Shown: positions 28,217 to 36,479 of the stretch, one piece after another
Layout of the letters: each line of letters opens with the position of its first letter
How positions within the stretch are numbered: position 1 is the stretch's first letter
Source: Elusimicrobiota bacterium
Lineage (GTDB): Bacteria; Elusimicrobiota; Elusimicrobia; FEN-1173
Direction: 5' to 3'
Assembly (NCBI GenBank): GCA_022703335.1
Contig: JAKLDV010000001.1
Span: 1 to 62,541, forward strand
Length of the DNA: 62,541 bases
Position numbers and translations under genes: made by a program
The notes under the pieces: generated by a model
The model's input: only the letters and a program-made list of their open reading frames with translations
Told to the model about the DNA's origin: nothing
Database searches by the model: none

Positions 28217-29307
28217 CCCGGGATCCCGCTGTCCCGTGGGAGTTGAACGGCATCCGCTGAGGGCTTCTCCTGGAGGACGCGTTGGAGATGGGCGGCGATT
28301 TTACGGTTCCCCAATTCGTTGAAGTGGGGGTTGGTGAGGAAGAGGTGCGCGGAAAAATCCGCGGAGGGGGGGACGTCTTGCCAAAGGGAGGACGACCGAT
28401 TCAGGACGACCAGGGGCACATGATGCGTTTGGCTCCAGGCCGGGAGTCCCAATGTTTCAAGAAAATGATCATCGGCAAAGGCGATGACGATCAAATGCGC
28501 GCCGTGGCGTTCGGAGAGGCCCTTGATCGCCGCGATGTTGTTCGTTGTCCGGGCGAGCTCGTCGGGAGGGTAGGTTTCGGGGATCGGGGGAGTGAGGGGG
28601 GGTGAAAAAAAACGTGTGCCGATGAATTCCATTCCCCAGCGGGCGAACATAAAACAAAAAACGGAGCGGTTGAAGGGGAAGGTTTCTGCGACGACACGGC
28701 GAAGACGGTCCGGGCGCGGGAAGAGGCCGGCGCGGGGATGGGAGGGATGTGTTCGGTCGGCCCGGCGGTTGTCGTCGAGGACGTCGTTGAAACAGATCTG
28801 GAGGAGGACGACGTCCGCCCGCGCGACGGGAAGGATGAGTTCGGCGCAACGGAGGTGATGTTCGGTTCCCGTTCCCGTTCGAGCCAGGTTGAGAAAACGT
28901 TTCCGGGTCGCCTGGGAAAGGAGGCTGACCCACCCCTCGCTGTCGTCAAGATAGAGATTTTCCGAATAGGAATCGCCGAGGACGACGCCGTGGACGGGCG
29001 CGTCGTCGAGCAGGCCGTTTTTCCGGTATCTCAGGGGCCCTCCCGCCGTCTCAATGGCCCCGGCCGAGTAACGAAGCGGCAGGCGGGGGGAGACGAAAAC
29101 GAAACGGGATCCCTCGGGGGAAGACGGCCGATCGGAGAAATACGACTGAGTGCGGCGATAGATGATTCGCGCGTCGTATTCCCGGAGGATGTCCCTGTGC
29201 AGGCGGGTGTCGACGAGGCGCAGGGAGGACTCGGCGAGGGCCGCGGCGGCGAGAACCCCCGACAAAAGGAGGGCGGCGGCCGACACATATTTTTTCAAGA
29301 GCGGCAC
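28213..29307 (-). CDS. Membrane-anchored SGNH/GDSL-like hydrolase family protein (AlgX/DUF1574-like)
   Basis: 364 aa with an N-terminal TM/signal segment. SGNH-like blocks VVLGDSYSE, NLARTGTG, ICFNDV and NPHFNELGNRKIA. Its TGA overlaps the lipA ATG (28213-28216). Confidence 0.5.
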   Translation of the reverse strand: MPLLKKYVSAAALLLSGVLAAAALAESSLRLVDTRLHRDILREYDARIIYRRTQSYFSDRPSSPEGSRFVFVSPRLPLRYSAGAIETAGGPLRYRKNGLLDDAPVHGVVLGDSYSENLYLDDSEGWVSLLSQATRKRFLNLARTGTGTEHHLRCAELILPVARADVVLLQICFNDVLDDNRRADRTHPSHPRAGLFPRPDRLRRVVAETFPFNRSVFCFMFARWGMEFIGTRFFSPPLTPPIPETYPPDELARTTNNIAAIKGLSERHGAHLIVIAFADDHFLETLGLPAWSQTHHVPLVVLNRSSSLWQDVPPSADFSAHLFLTNPHFNELGNRKIAAHLQRVLQEKPSADAVQLPRDSGIPG

Positions 29308-29349
29308 GGAGGATTCACAAAACGCCCGCGGTCGGGGAGGGGCGGCGGG

Positions 29350-30708
29350 TCATCCGCGCGAAAGGGCTCCACGAAGGCTTTCGCTGAGGGTGGGGTGGGC
29401 GAAGACCACGGAACGCAGTTGATCCGTGGTCAGCTTGGCGCGGAGCGCCACCGAAACGAGGTGGATGAGTTCCGTGGCGTGAGGGCCGACGATCTGGGCC
29501 CCGAGGATCCGACCGGTGTTTTTGTCTGAAATGAGCTGAAGGAATCCCGTGGCTTCGTCGCTGGCCCAGGCTTTGGGGGAACCCTGAAAGAAGAACCGGT
29601 GCGCTTTCACGACGAATCCCTTGGTTTCGGCGGTGTGTCTCCATTCACCCACGCTGGCCGCTTCCGGCCAGGTGTAGAGACAGCGCGGGACCTGGAGCGG
29701 GTCGTAGGGGTCTGTCTGCACTCCCGCCGCATGGTCGGCGGCCGTTTCGCCTTGGGCCGCGGCGGCGTGCGCCAGCAGGGAGTGTCCGTTGACGTCGCCC
29801 ACGGCGTAGATGTGCGGCCGGGAGGTCTGAAGGAACTCGTTGACCGGAAGGCGGCCGTTCTCCGGCCGCAGCCCCGCGTTTTCAAAACCCAGTCCCGTCA
29901 GCATCGGCCGCCGCCCGACGCAGAGGAGGACCTCGTCGACCTCCATCGTCTCGCCGCCGCCCAGTCGACACCGCCAAACGCCGTCTTTCCGTTCCAAATG
30001 GTCCACGGTGGAGGCTGTTTTTATTTGGATGCCGCGTTGTTCGAAGGAGGTCTGGAGGACTTGGACCAGCGCGGCGTCCTCGCCGGGAAGCAGGGCGGGG
30101 GTTTTTTCCAGAAGGACCACGCGGCTTCCCAATTCATGAAAGAGGCAGGCGAATTCGCAGCCGATGGCCCCGCCGCCCACGATCAGCAGGCGCTTCGGAA
30201 CCCGGGCCAGGCCGAGGGCTTTGTCGCTGTCCAAGAGGTCGTGTTCCACGGCCGGGAAGGGCGGCGGAACGAGGGGGACGGATCCGGTGGCGACGATGGC
30301 CCGGTCAAAGGAGAGGCGGTCCTCTACCCCGTCCGAATGGACGACGAGGGTGTGATCGTCGAGGAATCGGGCCTGGCCGCGAAGGAGTTTTATTTTTTGG
30401 CGCGCGAAGGCGTCGGCGATGGATTTTCGGAAAAGGGACACCACCTCCGTTTTCTTCTTTTGAAGAGCGTCCCATTCCACCCGGAGCCCGTCGCTCCCTT
30501 TCAGGTAGGCCGACGCGGCGCGGGCCCGGTTCAGCAATCGTCCGGCTTCCAGCAGCGTCTTGGTCGGCACGCAACCGCGGTTCAGGCAGAGCCCGCCCAG
30601 GTCCGCCTTTTCGACGACCGTCACCTCCGCCCCGTGGGCGGCGGCTTTTTTGGCGGCGGCCTCCCCTCCCGGCCCGGCCCCCAGAACGACCACGGAAAGT
30701 TTTTTCAT
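29350..30708 (-). CDS. lpdA: Dihydrolipoyl dehydrogenase
   Basis: The real start is MKKLSVVVLGAGPGGEAAAKKAA at 30708, inside the 611-aa track ORF. It has the redox-active GGLCLNRGCVPTK and a C-terminal HAHPTLSE. Confidence 0.9.
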   Translation of the reverse strand: MKKLSVVVLGAGPGGEAAAKKAAAHGAEVTVVEKADLGGLCLNRGCVPTKTLLEAGRLLNRARAASAYLKGSDGLRVEWDALQKKKTEVVSLFRKSIADAFARQKIKLLRGQARFLDDHTLVVHSDGVEDRLSFDRAIVATGSVPLVPPPFPAVEHDLLDSDKALGLARVPKRLLIVGGGAIGCEFACLFHELGSRVVLLEKTPALLPGEDAALVQVLQTSFEQRGIQIKTASTVDHLERKDGVWRCRLGGGETMEVDEVLLCVGRRPMLTGLGFENAGLRPENGRLPVNEFLQTSRPHIYAVGDVNGHSLLAHAAAAQGETAADHAAGVQTDPYDPLQVPRCLYTWPEAASVGEWRHTAETKGFVVKAHRFFFQGSPKAWASDEATGFLQLISDKNTGRILGAQIVGPHATELIHLVSVALRAKLTTDQLRSVVFAHPTLSESLRGALSRG

Positions 30709-30721
30709 TTCAAGAATTATA
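30709..30721 (-). promoter_or_regulatory. -10 box (TATAAT) 7 nt upstream of the lpdA ATG; possible leaderless transcript
   Basis: Minus strand reads TATAAT (30721-30716) tcttgaa ATG (30708). There is no SD, and the -35 is weak (TGGAAG at 17-nt spacing). Confidence 0.3.
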
Positions 30722-30852
30722 CAAAGGCCGCACCGGCCCTTCCAGAGGCGGGGAGAGAAAATGGTAAAATAGCCGCGGTCACCGGGGAATTGGAAACTTC
30801 CGGAAGGGCGGTCCGGTGGACCGGGAAGAGACGACGGAGGAGGTTCGAGGAT

Positions 30853-32007
30853 TTGAGAAATTCCGGCGGCATTTATTTCGACAACGCGGCGACCTCGTTT
30901 CCAAAACCACCCGCCGTGTTGGCGGCGATGGTTTCGTTCCAGAAAAAGATCGGGGCCAGCGCGGGGCGGGGCGTTTATCCCCGCGCCGTCGAGACCGGCC
31001 GCATCCTGGCCTCCGGCCGACGCGCCCTGGCGCGGCTCCTGAACGTGGCCGACGAGCGGCGCCTCGTCTTCACCCTGAACGCCACCGACGGACTGAGCCT
31101 GGCCGTCAAGGGGCTCCCCTGGAAACGCGGCGACCGGGCGCTCATCTCCCCCTACGAACACAATTCCGTCCTGCGGCCGCTCCACGAACTGAAAAAACGC
31201 GTCGGCGTCGGGATCGATGTGATGCCCGTGGACGGCGAGGGGCGCGTGATCGTTGAGAAATTACCGGCGGCCCTTCGTCCGCGGACGCGTTTGGTGGCCT
31301 GCGTGCATGCCTCCAACGTGACCGGCGTGATCCAGCCGGTGGAGGCGGTGGGGCGTTTCGCCCGGTCGCGCGGCATCCCCCTTCTCATCGACGCGGCCCA
31401 GTCGGCCGGAGCCCTCCCGGTGGACGTGCGGGCCTTCCGTGCTGATTTTTTGGCGTTCCCCGGACACAAAGGACTGCTGGGACCTTTGGGCACCGGCGCC
31501 CTTTATATCCGTCCCGGACGGGAACTGCAGACCCTGCGCGAGGGCGGCACCGGCAGCGTCTCCGAGGTGGAAACCCAGCCGCTGTTCCTGCCGGACCGCT
31601 ATGAATCCGGCAGCCACAACGCCTTGGGGATCGCGGGCCTGTTGGCGTCGGCGACGTACGTCCGGCGGCGAGGCGTTTCCGAGATCCGCCGGCATGAGTT
31701 GGAACTGACGGAACATTTTCTGGAGGAACTGCGGCGGATGAGGGCGGTGCGTTATTTCGGTCCGCGCGCGGCGGAAGACCGGGTGGCGGTCGTTTCCTTG
31801 CGTGTGGGGGACCGGGACCCGCTGGCCGCCGCCCGCGCGCTTTGGCGGAACGACGGGATCATGGTCCGGGCGGGGCTCCACTGCGCCCCTTGGGCCCACC
31901 GACATATCGGCACGTTCCCGCACGGCACCGTGCGGTTTTCCCTCGGCCCTTTCAACACTCACCGGCACATCGAAAAGGCCGTCGCCGCTCTCCAAAAATT
32001 GATCTGA
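30853..32007 (+). CDS. Class V aminotransferase / cysteine desulfurase family protein
   Basis: It is the 3' part of the 802-aa track ORF, whose 5' part is antisense to lpdA. IYFDNAATSFPKP, FPGHKGLLGP (PLP Lys) and VRAGLHCAP motifs. There is no in-frame ATG, so the TTG at 30853 is assumed as the start (uncertain). Confidence 0.7.
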   Translation: MRNSGGIYFDNAATSFPKPPAVLAAMVSFQKKIGASAGRGVYPRAVETGRILASGRRALARLLNVADERRLVFTLNATDGLSLAVKGLPWKRGDRALISPYEHNSVLRPLHELKKRVGVGIDVMPVDGEGRVIVEKLPAALRPRTRLVACVHASNVTGVIQPVEAVGRFARSRGIPLLIDAAQSAGALPVDVRAFRADFLAFPGHKGLLGPLGTGALYIRPGRELQTLREGGTGSVSEVETQPLFLPDRYESGSHNALGIAGLLASATYVRRRGVSEIRRHELELTEHFLEELRRMRAVRYFGPRAAEDRVAVVSLRVGDRDPLAAARALWRNDGIMVRAGLHCAPWAHRHIGTFPHGTVRFSLGPFNTHRHIEKAVAALQKLI

Positions 32008-32055
32008 TGGGCGGCGGCCCGGCGCGTCGGGCCGCCGAACGGAAGTCCGCCGCCC

Positions 32056-33315
32056 TCAATAGAGAAATTCGCGGATGTCGTAAAGACCGCACATGGGCCG
32101 CTCCGTCGGCGGCCGTTCGTCCAGCGGCCGGCGCAATTCCAACATCTGATCCCACTGGCCTTCCTCCGACAAATTGGTCCAGCGGTTCTCCTTCAGCCGG
32201 GGGCCGTGTTCCGACGAAAAATCCTCCCGCAACGGCGAAAAATAGACGATGTCCCTCCGGCCCAGCGGCGCCTCCCGAAGGAACCGTGCGCTGGTTTCGA
32301 CGTGTTCTCGGCCGTTCTCCCGGCCGCCCAGCCCGAGGAGGAAGATCAGCCCAACGTCCAGCCCGGCGTTTTTCAAACGTCGGACCGTTTCGAGGGCTTG
32401 CCGGGCCGTGCCCGGTTTGCCGCTCCATCGGCGCAATGTGTCCGAGCCTGATTCCAATCCGAGATAGACCCGCCTCAACCCGGACCGGGAGATTTCCGCC
32501 AGGTCCGCGTCTTCCCATGTTGAAAGGGACGCGATTTCGCCGAAGGCGTAAAGTCCGCCGAACCCGTCTTTTTGAGGGACGGCCAGGCGCGGGAATATTT
32601 CGGCCAGCGTCCGGCAGGTCCAGAGGAGGAGGTCCGGCGGGGCGTCGAAGGCGTTGGCGTCGCCGAGGAAAATGGAGCAGCGCCGGGGAAGCGCCCGGCC
32701 CCAATACCCCCGCACCGCATCGATGTGCCGGAGGATTTCGTCGCGGGATTTCACGCGGGCCGGGGTTTCGGGGCGGAACACACAGAAGGCGCAGCGCTTC
32801 CAAAAACATCCTTCGGTCACCTGCACCACCAGGGCGAGGTACTGGTCCGGCGGCAGGATGCCGAGCGCGGGATAGAGTTTTCGGAATTGTTCCGCGTCCG
32901 TCCGCCATCGGACGGTGTTGAAGGCGAGGAGGTGCCGCAGGACCCGTCCCGCCCGCCTGGCCGTGGCCACGCCCCGTTTGCCGTTGAACCAGAGTTGCAG
33001 GCGTTTCCCGGCTTGGAGTTCCGGCAGCCGTTCTTCGCAGGCGTGCAGGATATCGACGAGGCGTTCCCTCAGGCGGCGCGACTCGTCCGTCGACAGGAGC
33101 CGCAGGTATCGTTTCCGTCTCTCCGCGTCCTCCGGCCGCCATTTCTTCTCGATGGCGCGGCCGTCCAGCCCGAAGGCGTAATAGGACCCGTTTTGGTAGA
33201 GACCGATGGGTCTTCCGGAAAAATCGAAGGTCAGCGTGGCTTGCGGGGAAACGACGAGGGAGAGGGAAACGCCGGTGAGTCCGAGGGTGAGCGATTCGGG
33301 GGCGGCGGGGGTCAT
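32056..33315 (-). CDS. Radical SAM domain protein with ~170-aa N-terminal domain of unknown function
   Basis: 419 aa. The cluster motif reads GCFWKRCAFC (CX4CX2C spacing as written in the track translation). Downstream Elp3-like core: IFLGDANAF, YLGLESGSD, GLIFLLGLGG. Its ATG overlaps the crp-family TGA (33312-33315). Confidence 0.6.
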   Translation of the reverse strand: MTPAAPESLTLGLTGVSLSLVVSPQATLTFDFSGRPIGLYQNGSYYAFGLDGRAIEKKWRPEDAERRKRYLRLLSTDESRRLRERLVDILHACEERLPELQAGKRLQLWFNGKRGVATARRAGRVLRHLLAFNTVRWRTDAEQFRKLYPALGILPPDQYLALVVQVTEGCFWKRCAFCVFRPETPARVKSRDEILRHIDAVRGYWGRALPRRCSIFLGDANAFDAPPDLLLWTCRTLAEIFPRLAVPQKDGFGGLYAFGEIASLSTWEDADLAEISRSGLRRVYLGLESGSDTLRRWSGKPGTARQALETVRRLKNAGLDVGLIFLLGLGGRENGREHVETSARFLREAPLGRRDIVYFSPLREDFSSEHGPRLKENRWTNLSEEGQWDQMLELRRPLDERPPTERPMCGLYDIREFLY

Positions 33316-33983
33316 GGACCCTCGTCGACGAGTTTCCGCAGGTGTTCCGGCCGCACCAGCGCGATGGCTCCCGGTTTGGCGGTCAGCCAGCCTTTTTCCT
33401 TGAACTGAAGCACCACGCGGATGGCGGTTTCGGGAGCCACGCCGGCGATCTCGGCGATCTCCCGCCGGGGCACGGCGAGCGGGGAACCGGTCTTCTCCCG
33501 CAGCCAGAGGAGGGCGGCGGCCACTTTTTTATCGGCGGATTCCGCGTCCAGCGCGCGCAGGCGGTGCGCCCTCTGGATCCGCTGACTCACCTCCGTCAAC
33601 ACGCCCTGGGCCACGGAGGGACAGGCCCGCGCCAGGGCCGCCAGCGCCTCGCCGGGCAGGCGGGCCGCCGCGCCTTTGGTCACCGCCACCGCGCTGGCCG
33701 GGTAATGCGACATCCGGATGACGCCGGCCGGCCCGAATATCTCGCCCGGCATCAGCATCTCCATGGTGATCAGCCGTCCCTGCGGCGTGCTTTTGGCGAT
33801 CTTGACGAATCCTTCCGTCACCCACCAGGCCGCCTCGGCCGGTTCCCCTTCCTGGAAGAGGTAATCGCCTTTTTTGAAAGGCATCCGGCGCGATTGCCAG
33901 ACGAATTTTTGCAATTCGGAAACCGGCACGTTCCGGAAGAACGGCAGGGAGGCGAAAAATTTTTCAGGGTTCCAAACGGCCAT
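33312..33983 (-). CDS. Crp/Fnr family transcriptional regulator
   Basis: 223 aa. cNMP-binding beta-roll (FKKGDYLFQEGEPAEAAWWVTEGFVKI) and a C-terminal HTH (RREIAEIAGVAPETAIRVV). Confidence 0.85.
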   Translation of the reverse strand: MAVWNPEKFFASLPFFRNVPVSELQKFVWQSRRMPFKKGDYLFQEGEPAEAAWWVTEGFVKIAKSTPQGRLITMEMLMPGEIFGPAGVIRMSHYPASAVAVTKGAAARLPGEALAALARACPSVAQGVLTEVSQRIQRAHRLRALDAESADKKVAAALLWLREKTGSPLAVPRREIAEIAGVAPETAIRVVLQFKEKGWLTAKPGAIALVRPEHLRKLVDEGP

Positions 33984-34060
33984 GGGAAATTATACAGTTT
34001 TCTTGACGCCCGCACGGCGGCGACAACGCCTCGGGCGCTCCTCCGGGAGAAAACAGAGCC

Positions 34061-35152
34061 ATGCTGAAACCGTCCCTCCGTCTGGTTTTTTGGGAATCCA
34101 CGGCCGCCTGCAATTTGCGGTGCCTCCATTGCCGCCGGTTGGAGGTGCGGGATACCTTTACCCAGGCCGACATGGACACCGCCGCCGCCCGCCGCATGAT
34201 CGTCGACATCGTCGCGGTCGGGCGGCCCATCCTCGTCTTCTCCGGCGGCGAACCGCTGCTGCGCGGGGACATCTACGACCTGGCCGCGTTCGCCCGCGAA
34301 CAGGGCCTGCCCACCGCGGTGGCCAGCAACGGGACCCTCCTCGACGAGGAGGCCGCGGTCCGGCTCCGCGGCGCCGGCGTGGGCCGGGTGAGTTTTTCCC
34401 TGGACGGGGCCTCGGCGCCGGCGCACGACCGCCTGCGTGGACCGGGGAACTTCGAGAAGACGATCAGGAACGTCAGTTTCCTGAAGGCCGAAGGGCTGGG
34501 GTTCCAGATCAACACGACGGTCACCCGCCGCAACGCCCAGGAACTGCCGGCCCTCCACGATCTGGCCGTGCGGCTCGGCGCGAAGGCCCTCCACCTCTTC
34601 ATGCTCGTGCCGGTGGGCTGCGGCGCGCAGATCGCCGACGGCGAGATGCTCTCCTCCGAGGAGACCGAGACATGGCTCTCCTGGCTCCACGACCGCGCCT
34701 CGGAGCGCCGGCTGGAACTGAAGGCCACCTGCGCCCCGCAATACACCCGGATCTCCCGCCAAAAATCGAAACGGCCGGGGTCCCCGCCGGGATCCCCGGA
34801 ACCCCCGGTTTCAAGGGGGTGTCTGGCGGGCGTCGGCGTCTGTTTCGTCTCCCACCGGGGAGATGTTTTCCCTTGCGGGTATCTGCCCCTCCGGGCCGGG
34901 AACGTCCGCACCCAGCCGTTCCGGGAGATATGGGAGTCGTCCCCTGTTTTTCAAAAGCTGAGGGATCCGGAATTTTTGGAAGGCAAATGCGGCGCGTGTT
35001 CCTTCAAGGTCCTCTGCGGCGGATGCCGCGCCCGCGCCTATTATCAGCACGGAAGCGAGTTGGGCGAAGAACCGACCTGCGCCCACGTCCCGCCCGCCCG
35101 CGCTCCTCGAACAAACGGCCCGGTTCCCCGGCGCCGTTCCTCCTCAAAATAA
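34061..35152 (+). CDS. Radical SAM/SPASM-domain protein (NirJ/AhbD-like)
   Basis: 363 aa. STAACNLRCLHC (CX3CX2C), FSGGEPLL, and a C-terminal Cys-rich SPASM region (CLAGVGVCFVSHRGDVFPCGY...CGACSFKVLCGGCRARAY). The exact function is not assignable. Confidence 0.7.
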   Translation: MLKPSLRLVFWESTAACNLRCLHCRRLEVRDTFTQADMDTAAARRMIVDIVAVGRPILVFSGGEPLLRGDIYDLAAFAREQGLPTAVASNGTLLDEEAAVRLRGAGVGRVSFSLDGASAPAHDRLRGPGNFEKTIRNVSFLKAEGLGFQINTTVTRRNAQELPALHDLAVRLGAKALHLFMLVPVGCGAQIADGEMLSSEETETWLSWLHDRASERRLELKATCAPQYTRISRQKSKRPGSPPGSPEPPVSRGCLAGVGVCFVSHRGDVFPCGYLPLRAGNVRTQPFREIWESSPVFQKLRDPEFLEGKCGACSFKVLCGGCRARAYYQHGSELGEEPTCAHVPPARAPRTNGPVPRRRSSSK

Positions 35153-35273
35153 AATCTCCCGCGTTCGGCCCCACGGCCGAGTCACGCGGCGGTTCTTGCG
35201 CGGCGATGGTTTTCTTGGCGCCGTCTCGCCCCTTTTGACGACATCCGGGACCGACGGGCCATTTTCCGGGGAG

Positions 35274-35708
35274 TTAGGGGACGGTGTGGGTGGCGTCCCA
35301 GGCGCGGTGGAGTTCCTGGGCCTCGGCGATCTTTCGACGGAACGCGGCCAAGAAGAGGCGTTCGCCGTCCTTCAAGGAGTCTCCGGCGGTCCGAAATCCT
35401 TCCAGTTCCGTCTCCATCCGCCGGGCGGCGATCTCGTTGATGCGCCGATGCACCGCCTCGTGCTCCGTCAACCGGGGCGAAAGGGCGGTCACATAGCGGG
35501 TGTCGTTTTTCAGCGTCACGCGCACCGTCCGCGCGGCGGTGGACGCGCCTTCGGCCGCCAACACGTACTGGAGTCGGAACAGCCCTTCCGTCCACGCCTT
35601 GATCTTTCCCGGCGCGGAGGGGAGGGACGCCCGTGTCGTCTCCGTGGGCCGGGCCGAGGAGGGGAGTAGAACGAGGAAAAAAAGAATCTGGAATCGCCGA
35701 CGGGTCAT
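35274..35708 (-). CDS. Small secreted hypothetical protein
   Basis: Starts MTRRRFQILFFLVLLPSSA (signal peptide) inside the 273-aa track ORF. Its ATG overlaps the AMMECR1 TGA (35705-35708). Confidence 0.45.
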   Translation of the reverse strand: MTRRRFQILFFLVLLPSSARPTETTRASLPSAPGKIKAWTEGLFRLQYVLAAEGASTAARTVRVTLKNDTRYVTALSPRLTEHEAVHRRINEIAARRMETELEGFRTAGDSLKDGERLFLAAFRRKIAEAQELHRAWDATHTVP

Positions 35709-36256
35709 TCGGCGCCCCCGTCTTCCCGGAGGATTTCCACCGTGAAGACATACAACTCCGTGGAGGGCTCGCGCCAGGCGTTTTCCGGCAGGCCCGCTTT
35801 CTGACGGCAAAGGGTGCCCAGGAACGTTTCCCGTTCCCGCAGCGTTTCCCATACCTGCGGGAGGAAGACCCCGGAGAGGGGGCCCCGCCGGACCATCACC
35901 CCGTGCCGGCCCGGTTCGATCTCCTCCGCTCGCGATACGCGTTGAAGGGGGGACAGTACGGACACCTCCACCTCGATGTCCGGATATTCGCGTTGGGTCA
36001 GGGGTGAAAACCGCGGGTCCTCGAACGCCGCCGCCAGCGCCATCTCGGTGAGCGATCGGGAGAATTTTCCTTCCGGCCGCATAAGACCGATGCACCCGCG
36101 CAGCTCTCCTTTGGCGTGCAGGGTGACGAAAAGCGCGTAAGCGGCGTCGGCCAGTTCCGGCCGCAAGGTCGCCGCGGGAACGGAGATCCCCAGCCGTCCG
36201 GCGATGGCCGAACGGGCCTGCTGAAGGATGGCGTGTTGGTCTTCGATGGAGAACAT
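35705..36256 (-). CDS. AMMECR1 domain protein
   Basis: 183 aa. LFVTLHAKGELRGCIG...AAFEDPRF.PL...IEVEVSVLSP is the AMMECR1 signature. Confidence 0.85.
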   Translation of the reverse strand: MFSIEDQHAILQQARSAIAGRLGISVPAATLRPELADAAYALFVTLHAKGELRGCIGLMRPEGKFSRSLTEMALAAAFEDPRFSPLTQREYPDIEVEVSVLSPLQRVSRAEEIEPGRHGVMVRRGPLSGVFLPQVWETLRERETFLGTLCRQKAGLPENAWREPSTELYVFTVEILREDGGAE

Positions 36257-36362
36257 ACCTATATAGGTAGGCGAAAAAAGCCTAAACGTATTCTATGTGC
36301 GAACTTTCGGTCCTGTCAAGGTTTCTGATGCGCGTGCAATGTTAAAAAAATATAAAAATGGA

Positions 36363-36391
36363 TTGACAATTTACCGTGTTCCATTTAACAT
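36363..36391 (+). promoter_or_regulatory. Sigma70-like promoter candidate for the barrel-LysM / signalling cluster
   Basis: TTGACA (36363-36368), 17 nt, TAACAT (36386-36391). It sits in a conspicuously AT-rich intergenic patch. Confidence 0.45.
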
Positions 36392-36479
36392 TAAGTGTGT
36401 TAAAAAGTTTTACACAGTTTTAATTTGCAGGTTTTTTGAACTCCGAGGTGGGGAAATCGAGCCGGTGCTCAAGAGACGA

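Noticed and set aside
29599-30852. 5' two-fifths of the 802-aa plus-strand ORF
   Set aside because: It is antisense to lpdA. Only the part from about 30853 onward shows class V aminotransferase motifs.
30709-30852. Possible glycine riboswitch in front of the gcv operon
   Set aside because: The minus strand contains CUCUGGAAGGGCCGGUG, vaguely reminiscent of the CUCUGGAGAG / ACCGAAGGGGC cores. But the region is too short for even one aptamer plus an expression platform. The conserved GGAGAG and GCAA elements are missing, and a -10 box sits 7 nt from the ATG. An Rfam glycine CM scan would settle it.
32013-32036. GC-rich perfect 9-bp hairpin (GGCGGCCCG / CGGGCCGCC) between the convergent desulfurase-like and rSAM genes, as an intrinsic terminator
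   Set aside because: There is no U-tract on either strand. It may still pause or stabilise transcripts, but I cannot call it a terminator from the sequence alone.
34061-36256. AmmeMemoRadiSam system (AMMECR1 + Memo + radical SAM)
   Set aside because: There is no Memo-like gene. The adjacent radical SAM gene is SPASM/NirJ-like, not the PflA-like type I associate with that system. It is also convergently, not co-directionally, arranged.
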